DNA of 64,000 nt from an uncultured Verrucomicrobiae bacterium (GTDB taxonomy: Bacteria > Chlamydiota > Chlamydiia > Chlamydiales > Rhabdochlamydiaceae), in assembly GCA_963806855.1 (NCBI GenBank), contig CAWDYW010000002.1, forward strand, positions 1-64,000, given 5' to 3'. The notes beneath the pieces were generated by a model that was not told where the DNA came from, did not search any database, and worked only from the letters and a program-made list of their open reading frames with translations. Made by a program: the position numbers and the translations under genes. Position 1 is the first letter of the stretch, and each line of letters opens with the position of its first letter. Of this stretch, positions 9,563 to 19,679 are shown piece by piece.

Positions 9563-10405
9563 ATGAAAAGGACAATTTTGATTACAGGGGCAGGGCAGGG
9601 GATCGGTCAAGCGATTGCCCTTCGGTTTGCCGCAGAGGGGGCCAATCTGGTCATCGCCTCGAAAGATAGCCCCGCCCAGATCAAAGAAACCGTTGAAGGA
9701 ATTGAGGCTGCGGGTGGAAAAGCCCTCGCAGTTGAAGTCGATGTCCGCAATGTCTCAGAACTAAAAGAATTGGTCACCCGATCCTACGAGCAGTTTGGAA
9801 GTCTCGATGTTCTGATCAACAACACCAGCGCCCCATGCTTTAAAGACACCTTTAATACAACGCCCGAGCAATTTGATCTCATCATGTCAACCAGTGTGCG
9901 GGCCGCATTTCTGCTAGCTCAACTCTGTTTTTCTTACTTAAAGGAGTCGTCCAATCCTCACATTCTCAACATCTCTCCACCGCTGGGTCTGGAAGTGCAA
10001 TGGCTGCGGGATCATCTTCCTTTTTCACTGGGCAAGTATGGGATGAGTTTGTGCACTTTGGGGATGGCTGCAGAGTTCAAAAGTGCCGGGATTGCCGTCA
10101 ATTCCCTTTGGCCTCATACCAACATCGCGACGCAGAGGCTTAAGGATTATCTCTCGCCCGAGGTCTACGCTGGGAGCCGCTGGCCTGCCATCATGGCCGA
10201 TGCTGCCTATGAAATTGCCAATCAGACCCATGAAGAGGTGACCGGTCAATTTTTTATCGATGAGTTTGTCTTGAGGAGGAAAGGGGTGAAAGACTTTTCC
10301 AAATATGCTGTCGACCCCACTCAGCCCTTAGTGCAAACGCTCTTTCTTCCCCTTGAAGAGGGGATGATCCCGATTTCTCCGGAGCTTTTTCGGTTAAACA
10401 AGTAG
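9563..10405 (+). CDS. SDR family oxidoreductase (HSDL2-like)
   Basis: ITGAGQGIG, NPHILNISPPL, KYGMSLCTLGMAAEF, AVNSLWP, IMADAAY. Confidence 0.9.
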   Translation: MKRTILITGAGQGIGQAIALRFAAEGANLVIASKDSPAQIKETVEGIEAAGGKALAVEVDVRNVSELKELVTRSYEQFGSLDVLINNTSAPCFKDTFNTTPEQFDLIMSTSVRAAFLLAQLCFSYLKESSNPHILNISPPLGLEVQWLRDHLPFSLGKYGMSLCTLGMAAEFKSAGIAVNSLWPHTNIATQRLKDYLSPEVYAGSRWPAIMADAAYEIANQTHEEVTGQFFIDEFVLRRKGVKDFSKYAVDPTQPLVQTLFLPLEEGMIPISPELFRLNK

Positions 10406-10408
10406 CGG

Positions 10409-11143
10409 TTATGCTCTGGCAGCAGTAATAGCCGATAGAGCGAGAGCCGCGACTCCAAAGATTTTCCACGATCGCCCACTGGTTTGCCTTTTGCAGAAGT
10501 ATCCCTTGTAGATTGCCCAAAGGCCAATTCCTGCAAGGGCGATGGGGACAATCGTGTGGCCCCTGGATGTTGATGAAGGGGGGAGGAATGCGTCCCTATT
10601 TTCACAGAGTTGTTTCAGCATCGAGTAGTCAATTTCACCCTGCTTAGGACAGGTGCAGACTTTGTAAGCCTTTTCAAAGCCGGGGATATACAGCACTTCG
10701 CAAACTTTTCCAGAATGGTACTTCAGTGCCTGATAATAAAAATCGTACCCTTCGAATGTTCTTGAGATATCAGCCAGGATCGATTTTGCGGTGGAATTCC
10801 AGTTTAAGATTCTTAAAAAAATTACGTCCTCATTGTCAGGTGGAAAAGAGTAGCTGACAGAGCAGTTAAAACAAGTAGAGCCTAAAGGGGAATCGATGCA
10901 CTCCCTACTTCCTTTAAGAATGTCTAGAAACCAAGACGAGGATTCATTAGCCAAGGAACGTACATCTGGATGATCGGAAATGTATTTTTTAGCGACTTCA
11001 ACTGCAGTCTGCGCCTCATTATATAGGCCTGGGTAACACTGAGGCACAACTTTAAGCATCGTGTTTGATAACTTCGTGACCAAAGTATAATTTACAATAG
11101 GTGCATTATAAAAAATTCTCCAAGCTGGGTCGCCGATTTTCAT
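10409..11143 (-). CDS. Hypothetical protein with C-terminal hydrophobic hairpin
   Basis: 244-aa ORF; two C-terminal TM segments. Confidence 0.65.
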   Translation of the reverse strand: MKIGDPAWRIFYNAPIVNYTLVTKLSNTMLKVVPQCYPGLYNEAQTAVEVAKKYISDHPDVRSLANESSSWFLDILKGSRECIDSPLGSTCFNCSVSYSFPPDNEDVIFLRILNWNSTAKSILADISRTFEGYDFYYQALKYHSGKVCEVLYIPGFEKAYKVCTCPKQGEIDYSMLKQLCENRDAFLPPSSTSRGHTIVPIALAGIGLWAIYKGYFCKRQTSGRSWKIFGVAALALSAITAARA

Positions 11144-11782
11144 TTATTCACCTAACCGTTGAGAACATTCAGGTAATTCAATTTTCGAGACCAATTCGGT
11201 CTCCACATCGAAGCGATAGATTTCATGATGTTTAGGGTTGGGAATTCCATTGTATGCACTTGCGGGACTCCCTTCCGGCACTTTTCTCATTTGCAGGCTG
11301 CGCATAACTCCTCCATGAGTGACGATGATAATCACCTTCCTTTCAGACTGCTCGATGATGCGGAGCATAGCGGCATGAACACGGTTTGCGACCTCCTCAT
11401 AGGACTCTCCATTCTCAGGATCCAGTTTGTGGAAGTACTCATTGAGTTTACAGTATTTATAATCGGGATCTTCTTGATATTGGTCCCGGGTTTTCCCCTC
11501 AAATCTGCCGAACTTCGCTTCGCGTAGCTCAGGGTCCAACTGAATCTCACTCTGGAGGTTTAAGACATCTTTGAGGATTTGAGCTGTCTTTTGGGCACGC
11601 TGCAGATCGGATGACCAAATTTCGACTTCTTTATTTTCGAGCAATGGACGCAGACTCTCAGCCAGATCCTTAGCCTGGGTCTCGCCATCCGCTGTTAGCT
11701 TCGAAAGATCGCTTTGACCCTGAATCCTACCCTCTGCATTCCAAGTGGATTCACTATGTCTCACCAGATAAACTTCAGCCAT
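11144..11782 (-). CDS. Histidine phosphatase (phosphoglycerate mutase) family
   Basis: LVRHSES, SSDLQRAQKTA, LREAKFGRFEG, NGES, VTHGG. Confidence 0.92.
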   Translation of the reverse strand: MAEVYLVRHSESTWNAEGRIQGQSDLSKLTADGETQAKDLAESLRPLLENKEVEIWSSDLQRAQKTAQILKDVLNLQSEIQLDPELREAKFGRFEGKTRDQYQEDPDYKYCKLNEYFHKLDPENGESYEEVANRVHAAMLRIIEQSERKVIIIVTHGGVMRSLQMRKVPEGSPASAYNGIPNPKHHEIYRFDVETELVSKIELPECSQRLGE

Positions 11783-11863
11783 AATTCCCTCTAATTAAAA
11801 AATAAGATTACTTATTTTATCTTATTACACCATTCTTGGTCAAATTAATAAAATGAGGAAAGT

Positions 11864-12280
11864 TCACTTAAAATTTTTTCTTAATAAGAACATTTTGGAG
11901 TCTTTATTATAGCCTTCCCGAATGAATTCGATCGAATAGCCAAGCTTTTGGTAGAAGGGAAGAGCTTCCCAATCCATCGTATTTAAATTGGCAAAGTGCG
12001 CGCCTCTCTCTTTCCCAACTTTTTCAGCTTCTTCCATCAGCTTAGTTCCCCAGCCCTGATGGCGAAGAGATCGATCTACCCAAAGGGAATCGATGTAAAG
12101 GGAGCCGTAAAAGATGCAGCCTGTCACTCCCCCTAAGACATTCTGAAAGTCATCTTTGACAAAAATGCTAAAGGGGGCAATCGGCGGCAGAGCCTTGGCC
12201 TCGAAGGCGTGATCGCTGATCCCTTGATAGAGGATTTCCTCATATTCATAGGGGATGGAGTCGTGATGTTCTAATTTCAT
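11864..12280 (-). CDS. GNAT acetyltransferase (start MKLEHH)
   Basis: LYIDSLWVDRSLRHQGWGTKLM, ALPFYQKLGY. Confidence 0.9.
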   Translation of the reverse strand: MKLEHHDSIPYEYEEILYQGISDHAFEAKALPPIAPFSIFVKDDFQNVLGGVTGCIFYGSLYIDSLWVDRSLRHQGWGTKLMEEAEKVGKERGAHFANLNTMDWEALPFYQKLGYSIEFIREGYNKDSKMFLLRKNFK

Positions 12281-12990
12281 TATGGGCCGCAGGGTAAACA
12301 GGTTGGTGGAGGAGTATAAGAGGGGCAGGTTTGGTTGCCTTGAGGTGTGTTCGGTGGATCGATGCAACCTGAATTAGGACAAGGCTGATTGGGGCAAGGG
12401 TAGTGACAAGGCTGGTTGGGGCCGCACGAGGGGCAAGTGGCGTCGCCGTAGAGCAATTGCTGGAAATAGAGGAGGGGATAGGGGCTCGTTTGCGGATAGG
12501 TGAGGACGAAGACCATATCGAAGCGGCAATTGGGATAAAAAGTGGTCTCTAGGGGCCACTGATAGCCGAAAGAATTCAGCAAAGCGATCATCGAAGTGTG
12601 ATTCCAGCAGATGACGATGTTCTTCCCATCATACTGAGGACTATTCAGGATAAAATCGGCCATCTCATCGGTTTGCGTTGCATTGAAGGGGGAGTGAACA
12701 GGCAGTTGCAATAATTCGGCAACAGGCATCATCGTCTCAATCGGCCGCGGGACGATTCGATCTGACTGATTGATCTGTCTCGCAGCAAAAACCGCAGCAA
12801 TCGGGCCGAAATTTTGCAGATAGGGAGTCTCAGTCAAGTAATAGGCTAAGGCAGCAGCCCGTTCTAACCCTTCTGGCTTGACCAGCTGCGCCGTGACTGG
12901 ATCTTTTTCAGCATGTCTGAGAACGATAATTTGCGCAGGCGCGGCCCATAACAGTTGGCAGGTGAAGCAGAATATCATCAAGAATCGCAT
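12280..12990 (-). CDS. Secreted histidine phosphatase family protein with Cys/Pro-rich tail
   Basis: Signal-peptide-like start, IIVLRHAEK, RPIETMMP, VICWNH; tail CGPNQPCHYPCPNQPCP. Confidence 0.8.
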   Translation of the reverse strand: MRFLMIFCFTCQLLWAAPAQIIVLRHAEKDPVTAQLVKPEGLERAAALAYYLTETPYLQNFGPIAAVFAARQINQSDRIVPRPIETMMPVAELLQLPVHSPFNATQTDEMADFILNSPQYDGKNIVICWNHTSMIALLNSFGYQWPLETTFYPNCRFDMVFVLTYPQTSPYPLLYFQQLLYGDATCPSCGPNQPCHYPCPNQPCPNSGCIDPPNTPQGNQTCPSYTPPPTCLPCGP

Positions 12991-13988
12991 TAGAAATTAA
13001 ATCGCCCGGAAAAAGCGCCTCCATTCAAACTTAAATTCCGACTGTGGGGAATGATCCCAAACTGATCTCGCTCGAGCTGGAATTGATGGAAAAAGAGATG
13101 GTATTCCCAGCCAAGAGAAAATGTCAGAGCATATTGTTCACAACAAAGATAGGTCTCCCACGATATCCCCGCCGCGGCATCGAGAATCCACCGACACTTG
13201 AAAGGGGTGCTCTTTTTATGGAAGCGGGTAAAGGATAAATAGACCTCATCCTGATCTAAGTAAAAATAGCCGAGCTCATAGCTGCCGCAGGCATTTCCAT
13301 AGAGTCGGAAGCCACACCCGAGTTTGATCTGCGGCTGCAACCCGATCTGCGGTCCCAGTCCCCAATAGTTATTATCCATATGGATCCGGTCGTAGCCTGC
13401 ATTATTGGACATCGCCGGCAGATCAGGGCCATTGGCGAAAATGCCCCCTCCATACTTGACATGAAAATCTTGACCGATCCAAGCAGTGCGCAGACCCATG
13501 TACGGCCTCAAAAGGAGGCAATTCCAGCAAAAGAGCCGTCCAAAATCGAGGTCAAGGAGATTGATGTTTAGCTTCCAGTGGAGTTTAGCCAGTGCGACCC
13601 AATCGAAAGGGATGATATCGCTTGAAAGGGACCAGACAGGAAACATCCCCTCGGCAATATTCATGTGGGTATCGCTCTTTTTCTTCGTAGAAGAGAGGTA
13701 GCGGAGCCAAGTGATCGACATGTCCCAGTCCCGATTATCGAAGATGTAGCCAAAACCGATGCGGGAGCCTACATCCCAGTCGAAATGGGTGTGGAGAGCT
13801 GGCTCCAAGGTGATATTGTTTACTTCGAATAGATTGGTTTTCCGATTGGTGACGACGACTGCTTTTTCATGGGGGATCAGATAGAGAATATCGGCGCTCA
13901 GCCAGAAATTGGTGCAGTCGCAAAGACAGTCCGCTCCTAGTGAGGCGCTTGCGGCTAAGGTGATGGCTGCAATTTTCCCTATTTTCAT
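12990..13988 (-). CDS. MOMP-like / Lpg1974-family outer-membrane beta-barrel
   Basis: Signal peptide, Cys-rich N-terminus, G.R.GFGY, LRPYMGLRTAWI, YWGLGPQIG, GWEYH, terminal GRFNF. Confidence 0.85.
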   Translation of the reverse strand: MKIGKIAAITLAASASLGADCLCDCTNFWLSADILYLIPHEKAVVVTNRKTNLFEVNNITLEPALHTHFDWDVGSRIGFGYIFDNRDWDMSITWLRYLSSTKKKSDTHMNIAEGMFPVWSLSSDIIPFDWVALAKLHWKLNINLLDLDFGRLFCWNCLLLRPYMGLRTAWIGQDFHVKYGGGIFANGPDLPAMSNNAGYDRIHMDNNYWGLGPQIGLQPQIKLGCGFRLYGNACGSYELGYFYLDQDEVYLSFTRFHKKSTPFKCRWILDAAAGISWETYLCCEQYALTFSLGWEYHLFFHQFQLERDQFGIIPHSRNLSLNGGAFSGRFNF

Positions 13989-14039
13989 CGTGATGATGAG
14001 TATATATCAGACATTCTTTTTTTTAAGTTGATTTTTATA

Positions 14040-14079
14040 TTGACCGACCGTCGGTCGGTATTGTATACTCGCGAGTATA
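14040..14079 (+). promoter_or_regulatory. Sigma70-type promoter with TetR-type palindromic operator
   Basis: -35 ttgacc 14040-14045, -10 tatact 14064-14069; palindrome accgaccg-t-cggtcggt 14043-14059; second palindrome tatactcgcgagtata 14064-14079. Confidence 0.75.
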
Positions 14080-14690
14080 TGGCAAGGTTGGTGAAAAAGG
14101 CTGAGGAGCGAAGACGGGAGATTGTGGCGGCTAGTCGAGAGCTTTTTCTTTCCCAGGGCTATGAAAATACGACGATGCAGGATGTCATCTCCAAGGTGCA
14201 AATTGCCAAGGGGACGGTCTATCATTACTTCAAGTCGAAAGAGGAGCTATTGGAGGCTGTCATTGAGGATATGGTGACTGAGTATATCGGAGTCGTGGGA
14301 AAGGCACTGAAGGCAAGCAAGGGGAAGGCGCTGACAAAAATGAAGGTGCTTGTCACTGCTGGAAGAGTGGCGCCTGAGCAAATCGAGGGGTTGCATTCTC
14401 CTGGCAACATCGGGATGCATGTTCGTCTTTTGGCACTCACGATCACGAAGTTGGCGCCTCTTTATGCTAAGGTGATTTCCCAGGGGTGCGAGGAGGGATA
14501 CTTCCATGTTGAGCATCCACTGGAATGTGCGGAACTCCTATTGGCAGGGATTCAATTTCTTATAGATGAGGGGTGCTATCCTTGGCGTCAGCAGGATCTG
14601 AAACGTCGGGTGGAAGCGATCCCTCAATTAGTTGAAAATCTATTAAATGCTCCAAAGGATAGCCTTGGATTTTTATTCGAACAAAATTAA
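14079..14690 (+). CDS. TetR/AcrR family regulator (start MARLVKK)
   Basis: LFLSQGYENTTMQDV...IAKGTVYHYFKSKEELL. Confidence 0.95.
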   Translation: MARLVKKAEERRREIVAASRELFLSQGYENTTMQDVISKVQIAKGTVYHYFKSKEELLEAVIEDMVTEYIGVVGKALKASKGKALTKMKVLVTAGRVAPEQIEGLHSPGNIGMHVRLLALTITKLAPLYAKVISQGCEEGYFHVEHPLECAELLLAGIQFLIDEGCYPWRQQDLKRRVEAIPQLVENLLNAPKDSLGFLFEQN

Positions 14691-14701
14691 AAGAGGTTTG
14701 T

Positions 14702-15517
14702 ATGTTACCTAATTATGTCTACCATCCGATTTGGTTCTATTTCATCACGGTCTTTGCTGCGCTGCTCATCGGTCCGCTCGCAGCGTTCGTGAAGCAGAAG
14801 GGGATGGAGCAGCTCCAAATGCCATTATTGCTACTTAGTTTAATTCTGCCCTGTATAACGGCTCTGGTCATGATCTTTACTTCACACAGTGGGGCGCTCA
14901 TTGGGGATTTCTGGAAGAGGTTGGTGCTATTCAAATTTAGCCCGAGCTATCTCCTTATCATCTTGTTTTTAGTGCCTGTCGTGGTCTGTTTAGCAACTTG
15001 GATTTCGACGTTTTTTGGTTACTCCACTGACCAGTTTGCTATCAGCAAAGAGATCGGGATCATGAAAGGGTGGGCGATTCTCGGGATCACCCTTCCGCTT
15101 CTCTTAGCGCCTCTGCTTGAAGAGCTCGGCTGGCGCGGTTATGGGGTCGATAGTCTGAGAGCCTATTTTAATTTATTTAACACCTCGGTGTTGTTTGGCC
15201 TCCTTTGGGCGGTGTGGCATCTGCCTGCATTTTTTATTGAGGGCTTTTATCAAAATCAGCTTTGGCATCAGAACAAAATTTATGTGCTGAACTTTTTTGT
15301 CAGTGTTTTCGTGGTCGCCTTCTTGATGAACTGGGTCTATTACAAGACTGGCCGCAGCATCCCTGCGCTTGTACTTTTTCATGCTGTCCTCAACCTCTCG
15401 GCGATGATGCTCAGAACAGAACAATTTACCAAGTGTATTGTGACAGTGCTACTGGCTATTGTTTCGATCATCATCATTGTGTCCGATAGCCACTTTTTTT
15501 TTCGAAGCCGCCTATGA
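14702..15517 (+). CDS. CPBP (CAAX/Abi) intramembrane metalloprotease
   Basis: EELGWRGY, WAVWHLP, FHAVLN motifs. Confidence 0.92.
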   Translation: MLPNYVYHPIWFYFITVFAALLIGPLAAFVKQKGMEQLQMPLLLLSLILPCITALVMIFTSHSGALIGDFWKRLVLFKFSPSYLLIILFLVPVVVCLATWISTFFGYSTDQFAISKEIGIMKGWAILGITLPLLLAPLLEELGWRGYGVDSLRAYFNLFNTSVLFGLLWAVWHLPAFFIEGFYQNQLWHQNKIYVLNFFVSVFVVAFLMNWVYYKTGRSIPALVLFHAVLNLSAMMLRTEQFTKCIVTVLLAIVSIIIIVSDSHFFFRSRL

Positions 15518-16515
15518 TCGTGTCTGAACTCGAGCATCTACGAAATAGGCATGGTTTTCCAGGAGTGACAGTAGCCTATGTCTTATCAGATGGGACCATA
15601 GGCGAGGCGGCGTGTGGATTTGCCGATCTTGAGACGAAAGAGCCGATGACGACTCGATCTCGAATGCTGGCAGCCAGCGTTGGAAAAACTTTCGTAGCAG
15701 CAACGGTCATTGCTCTAGACAGAGAAGGGCGGCTCAACCTCGATGACCCTCTCACAAGCTGGCTTGGGGGCCGCAATTGGTATGATCGTTTGCCCAATCA
15801 CGACACAATCACCCTTCGCCACCTGCTAACCCATCGCTCCGGGCTGCCCGACCATGTCTATACTAAACGGTTTGCCCAATTGTTCTCTGAAAGGAAAGCG
15901 GTTCCGCCGGAAGTGTTGATCGAGTGCATCTTGGATCAGCCGCCTCTTTTTGAAGCAGGGACAGACTGGGCTTATACCGATACCGGGTATATTCTTTTGG
16001 GGCTTGTAATAGAACAGGCGACAGGAAACACCTATTACGGCGAAGTAGAGCAGCGCTTTCTAAAGCCTCTCAAACTAAACATGACTGCACCCTCTGACCG
16101 ACTGCTTCTACCAGGTCTTGTCGCAGGGTATACTGCTCAAGATAGTCCCTTTGGCTTGCCGAGAAAAACGATCGATGATTCTGGCGCGATGGTGTGGGAT
16201 CCTGCCATCGAGTGGACGGGAGGAGGTTTGATCAGCACCTCTCACGATTTGGCAGTATGGGCCAAGCTTCTCTATGAAGGAAACGCGATGCCCTATGAAT
16301 ATATGGATGATTTGTTGCCATGCGTTGTGATTAGCAATTCAGAATTCGGGGAGAAGTGGGGCCATGGGGGGGTTATCCCGGGTTATTGCTCTAGCATGCG
16401 TTATTATCCCAAATATCGAGTTGCCATCGCTTTTCAAGTCAACACCGATGCCGGCATCTCAGACTTTGGAACTGACATGGAACAATGTCTGGCAGAGATC
16501 ATTTTTCTTCAATAA
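15514..16515 (+). CDS. Serine hydrolase, beta-lactamase/PBP-like family
   Basis: ASVGKTF (SxxK), LLTHRSGL, YTDTGY, GHGG. Confidence 0.92.
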   Translation: MIVSELEHLRNRHGFPGVTVAYVLSDGTIGEAACGFADLETKEPMTTRSRMLAASVGKTFVAATVIALDREGRLNLDDPLTSWLGGRNWYDRLPNHDTITLRHLLTHRSGLPDHVYTKRFAQLFSERKAVPPEVLIECILDQPPLFEAGTDWAYTDTGYILLGLVIEQATGNTYYGEVEQRFLKPLKLNMTAPSDRLLLPGLVAGYTAQDSPFGLPRKTIDDSGAMVWDPAIEWTGGGLISTSHDLAVWAKLLYEGNAMPYEYMDDLLPCVVISNSEFGEKWGHGGVIPGYCSSMRYYPKYRVAIAFQVNTDAGISDFGTDMEQCLAEIIFLQ

Positions 16516-16533
16516 AATCCTTTGTATACTGGT

Positions 16534-17724
16534 TTAAGCCGAGATTTTGTATCTTCGCAGCATGTTTAGGGCGAAGGAGAGAATAATTGCCGCAGCGATC
16601 ACAAGGCAGGATGAAAAAACGGTTTCACTCATTACGCTGAGAAGTAGGCTAATTAAAGTGCCCGATCCGATCATACACAAATAAAAGATCGCCATCGCAG
16701 CCCCTTTTTGCTCAGAGGTGGCGGTGAGTGTAATACGATTAAGGGGTGCGGCAGCAAATCCAAAACCAAGTGTAAAGGTCATCATTGGGATCACAAAAGA
16801 AAAGGGGTTTTGGGGGATGAATAAGGCAAGAAGAGAGAATACGATGCCCGACAATCCTGCCACAGTAAGGCCTAGATTAATCAACTGATCTAAGTCAAAT
16901 TTTTTCATGAGGCGTTTAACAAGCTGAGCGCCAATGATATAGCCTCCAAAGACAGGCAATTGAAAAAATCCAAATTGAGTTGGAGTCAGTTGTAAATTTT
17001 CCATTAAGATAAACGGAGAAACGGTAATCCAACCGATGGTTCCACTATATCCAAATCCAAAGGACATAGCGGACATCATAAAGGAAGAGTTGGCGAAAAT
17101 GTGAGAGTAAGTGGCGACAAGATTTTTAATATTTAGTGGCCTGCGATTTTGCAGCTGGGTACTTTCTGGCATGATGAACCATAACGCTGAAAGAGCAATC
17201 AGTCCCAAGAGAAAGAGGCTTAAGAAAATGACCTGCCAAGTCGTAAATAAGAGAAAGAGACCTCCCAGAACTGGGCCAATTGCCGGGGCGATTATAGCTG
17301 CGGTTCCCATCCAAATTAGAATATGAATCGCTTCTCGATCATCATACAAATCGTGTATACTCGCATACCCGGAAACCATCATAGTGCAAACACCAATTCC
17401 CTGAACAAAACGAGCTATAAGAAGCCACAACAAAGAAGGGGCAAAACTGCACGCTAAAGTAGAGAGCAAGAAAAGTAGCCCTCCGCCGAAAAGAATAGGT
17501 CTCCGTCCATACCGATCGGTCAATGGGCCAACAAACAGCTGAACAGACATACTCCCTGCTAACCATGCAGTAATCGACAATTGGACTTGGTTAATCCCAA
17601 TTTGAAATTCACTCGCGATTTGTGAAAGTGCTGGCAGATACATGTCGTTCGACATATTGGTGCAAAATTCGTATAAGATCAGAAATAGAGGGAAAAATCG
17701 CGATACTTGGATTTTAGGCATCAT
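16534..17724 (-). CDS. Bcr/CflA (MdfA-like) MFS drug efflux transporter
   Basis: YEFCTNMSNDMYLPAL, GPLTDRYGRRP, ARFVQG, IAPAIGP. Confidence 0.92.
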   Translation of the reverse strand: MMPKIQVSRFFPLFLILYEFCTNMSNDMYLPALSQIASEFQIGINQVQLSITAWLAGSMSVQLFVGPLTDRYGRRPILFGGGLLFLLSTLACSFAPSLLWLLIARFVQGIGVCTMMVSGYASIHDLYDDREAIHILIWMGTAAIIAPAIGPVLGGLFLLFTTWQVIFLSLFLLGLIALSALWFIMPESTQLQNRRPLNIKNLVATYSHIFANSSFMMSAMSFGFGYSGTIGWITVSPFILMENLQLTPTQFGFFQLPVFGGYIIGAQLVKRLMKKFDLDQLINLGLTVAGLSGIVFSLLALFIPQNPFSFVIPMMTFTLGFGFAAAPLNRITLTATSEQKGAAMAIFYLCMIGSGTLISLLLSVMSETVFSSCLVIAAAIILSFALNMLRRYKISA

Positions 17725-18782
17725 TCTAGTTTCCTCACCCAATATTCGAAATCGGCAAAACTAACCCGTGTGTTGTCTTCGACGGCCGCAAGATTGGGTA
17801 GTCCTTTTGTATAGAGACGAACGGCGACGATTTTTTTCGCGGGTACAATTATAAGGTATTGACCGAGAAACCCCCAACCCATGAAAACCTCAGAGTTTTT
17901 TTTGCTGGCAAGAGATTGAGGAACTAACCAGAACAAGGCAGAAATGTAGGGCTCTAGAGGGATCGGTTCCCCATGATCGGTAGCAGGTAAGTATTTTCCT
18001 GGATTTTTTTTATCGGGAACATTTGTCAGGGCCGATTCTCCCAGTGAAATTTTTAACAGCGGAGTGGACATCTCACTCGACATCATCTTTATCCAGCGAG
18101 GGCTTAAGAACTGTTTTCCCTCATAGCTTCCATTTTGCAAAATCATCTGTCCCACTTTCTGAAGGTCATTTGCAGTCATAACGAGTCCATCGGCACCCGA
18201 AGGATTATCCTCGCCAACTCCAAAGAGCTGTATAGTGGAGGAAACCCATTGCCAATTGGTAATCCCCATCGGCTCAAAAAGGCTCTGTTTCACAAACTGA
18301 TCGATCGGCATGTTGGCGATTTTATTCACTAGAGCGACCAGAATGTCTGCGGAGGAGTTGCTGTAGCTCGCATGTGTTCCAGGCTCTTTTACAACGGGGA
18401 GCTTCAAAGCTGCTTCAACTATATTCTCAATATGTTTGAAGGCGTTGAATTTGGCAATGTTAAAACTGCCATCCATTTCGATAAAATGGTCTTCGATACC
18501 CGAAGTGTGCGTCATCAGCATGCGAACAGTTATACCTGCTTTCAGCCCTTCCCGCCATTCGGGAAACCAATGACTGACAGGAGTGTCAAGCGATGGGATT
18601 TTCTCCTGGTCAAAAAGCAGGCCAATCGCAAGACACACTATGGATTTTGTCAAGGAGAAGAGGGGAACCAATTGATCTTCGCCAAAGCTGACGAGCTTCT
18701 CACCTTTCTGCCATACCACTAATGCCGTTGTGCTTGTCTCTTCTGCCCTCGCTTGAAGGGATTGTAATGGTCCTATTCTCAT
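17721..18782 (-). CDS. Serine hydrolase (NylB/class C beta-lactamase-like)
   Basis: FSLTKS, LMTHTSG, YSN, GFLGQY. Confidence 0.88.
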   Translation of the reverse strand: MRIGPLQSLQARAEETSTTALVVWQKGEKLVSFGEDQLVPLFSLTKSIVCLAIGLLFDQEKIPSLDTPVSHWFPEWREGLKAGITVRMLMTHTSGIEDHFIEMDGSFNIAKFNAFKHIENIVEAALKLPVVKEPGTHASYSNSSADILVALVNKIANMPIDQFVKQSLFEPMGITNWQWVSSTIQLFGVGEDNPSGADGLVMTANDLQKVGQMILQNGSYEGKQFLSPRWIKMMSSEMSTPLLKISLGESALTNVPDKKNPGKYLPATDHGEPIPLEPYISALFWLVPQSLASKKNSEVFMGWGFLGQYLIIVPAKKIVAVRLYTKGLPNLAAVEDNTRVSFADFEYWVRKLE

Positions 18783-18854
18783 GACTCTCTCCAGTCTTAC
18801 TTTATTTAAAATTGTGATCTAGATGAAGAGTTTAAAAATAGGGTAGGATTTCCC

Positions 18855-19670
18855 CTATTCGATTCCAAGTTCGGCCAGTTTCTCAGCAGCCTGGAAGAGG
18901 CCGATGCGCGAATCGATTTCCAGCTTGCGCTTCACCGATTCTATATAATGCTCAACTGTCCTTGCGGATAAGGTCAAATGGAACCCGATCTCTTGATAGG
19001 CCATTCCCTTTCCCAAAAGGGCTAAGCAGGCTTTTTCTTGCTTGGAGAGCTTAAGTAAATTTTTCCATCCGCACTCTGAAATGAGGGTTGAGCGGTCGGT
19101 TAAATATTCTATAGAAGGGCATCCGAGTTCAGCCTTGAAATGCGCAATGGATACCCCCTGCTCTAATAAATTCAATAACCGATTGTCCAGTCTTTTTGTA
19201 AAATTCTCCATGAAGGCATTAAAGATCCCCTTTTCATTTAAAAAAAGGTTATAGAGAGGGCGTTTTGCAAGGAGACCGGAAAAGCAACATGTCTCGAGAT
19301 AATTTTTTTGATATTTCACAACGACCATTCCATGATCCATTTGGAATCGTTCAGCCCGGACTCGATAAAATTCCTCACACCCAGGAAATTGCCGATTGTC
19401 GAACCAGAGATACATACCCTCTTTAAGCGCTTCATGGGTATCAAAAAAAGGATCATTTTCTATGGCTCCCGATTCTATCAGAAATTGGTCTTGATCGGGA
19501 TTAGAAGTTAACCAGCTGACATTTCCCTCATGGTACAATCTAACATAGGCAAAAGTAGTGATTCCTAGAGGGCGGCAGAAATTTTGAGATAGTTTGCGGA
19601 TCCGATCAACCCCGAGATCAAAATTTTGAAAAAGTTGTGAAGAAATACAGTGTGGTAATTTTTTTCGCAT
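18855..19670 (-). CDS. LuxR-family regulator with N-terminal sensor domain
   Basis: C-terminal LSKQEKACL..GMAYQEIG..LTLSARTVEHYIESVKRKL. Confidence 0.88.
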   Translation of the reverse strand: MRKKLPHCISSQLFQNFDLGVDRIRKLSQNFCRPLGITTFAYVRLYHEGNVSWLTSNPDQDQFLIESGAIENDPFFDTHEALKEGMYLWFDNRQFPGCEEFYRVRAERFQMDHGMVVVKYQKNYLETCCFSGLLAKRPLYNLFLNEKGIFNAFMENFTKRLDNRLLNLLEQGVSIAHFKAELGCPSIEYLTDRSTLISECGWKNLLKLSKQEKACLALLGKGMAYQEIGFHLTLSARTVEHYIESVKRKLEIDSRIGLFQAAEKLAELGIE

Positions 19671-19679
19671 AATATAGCA

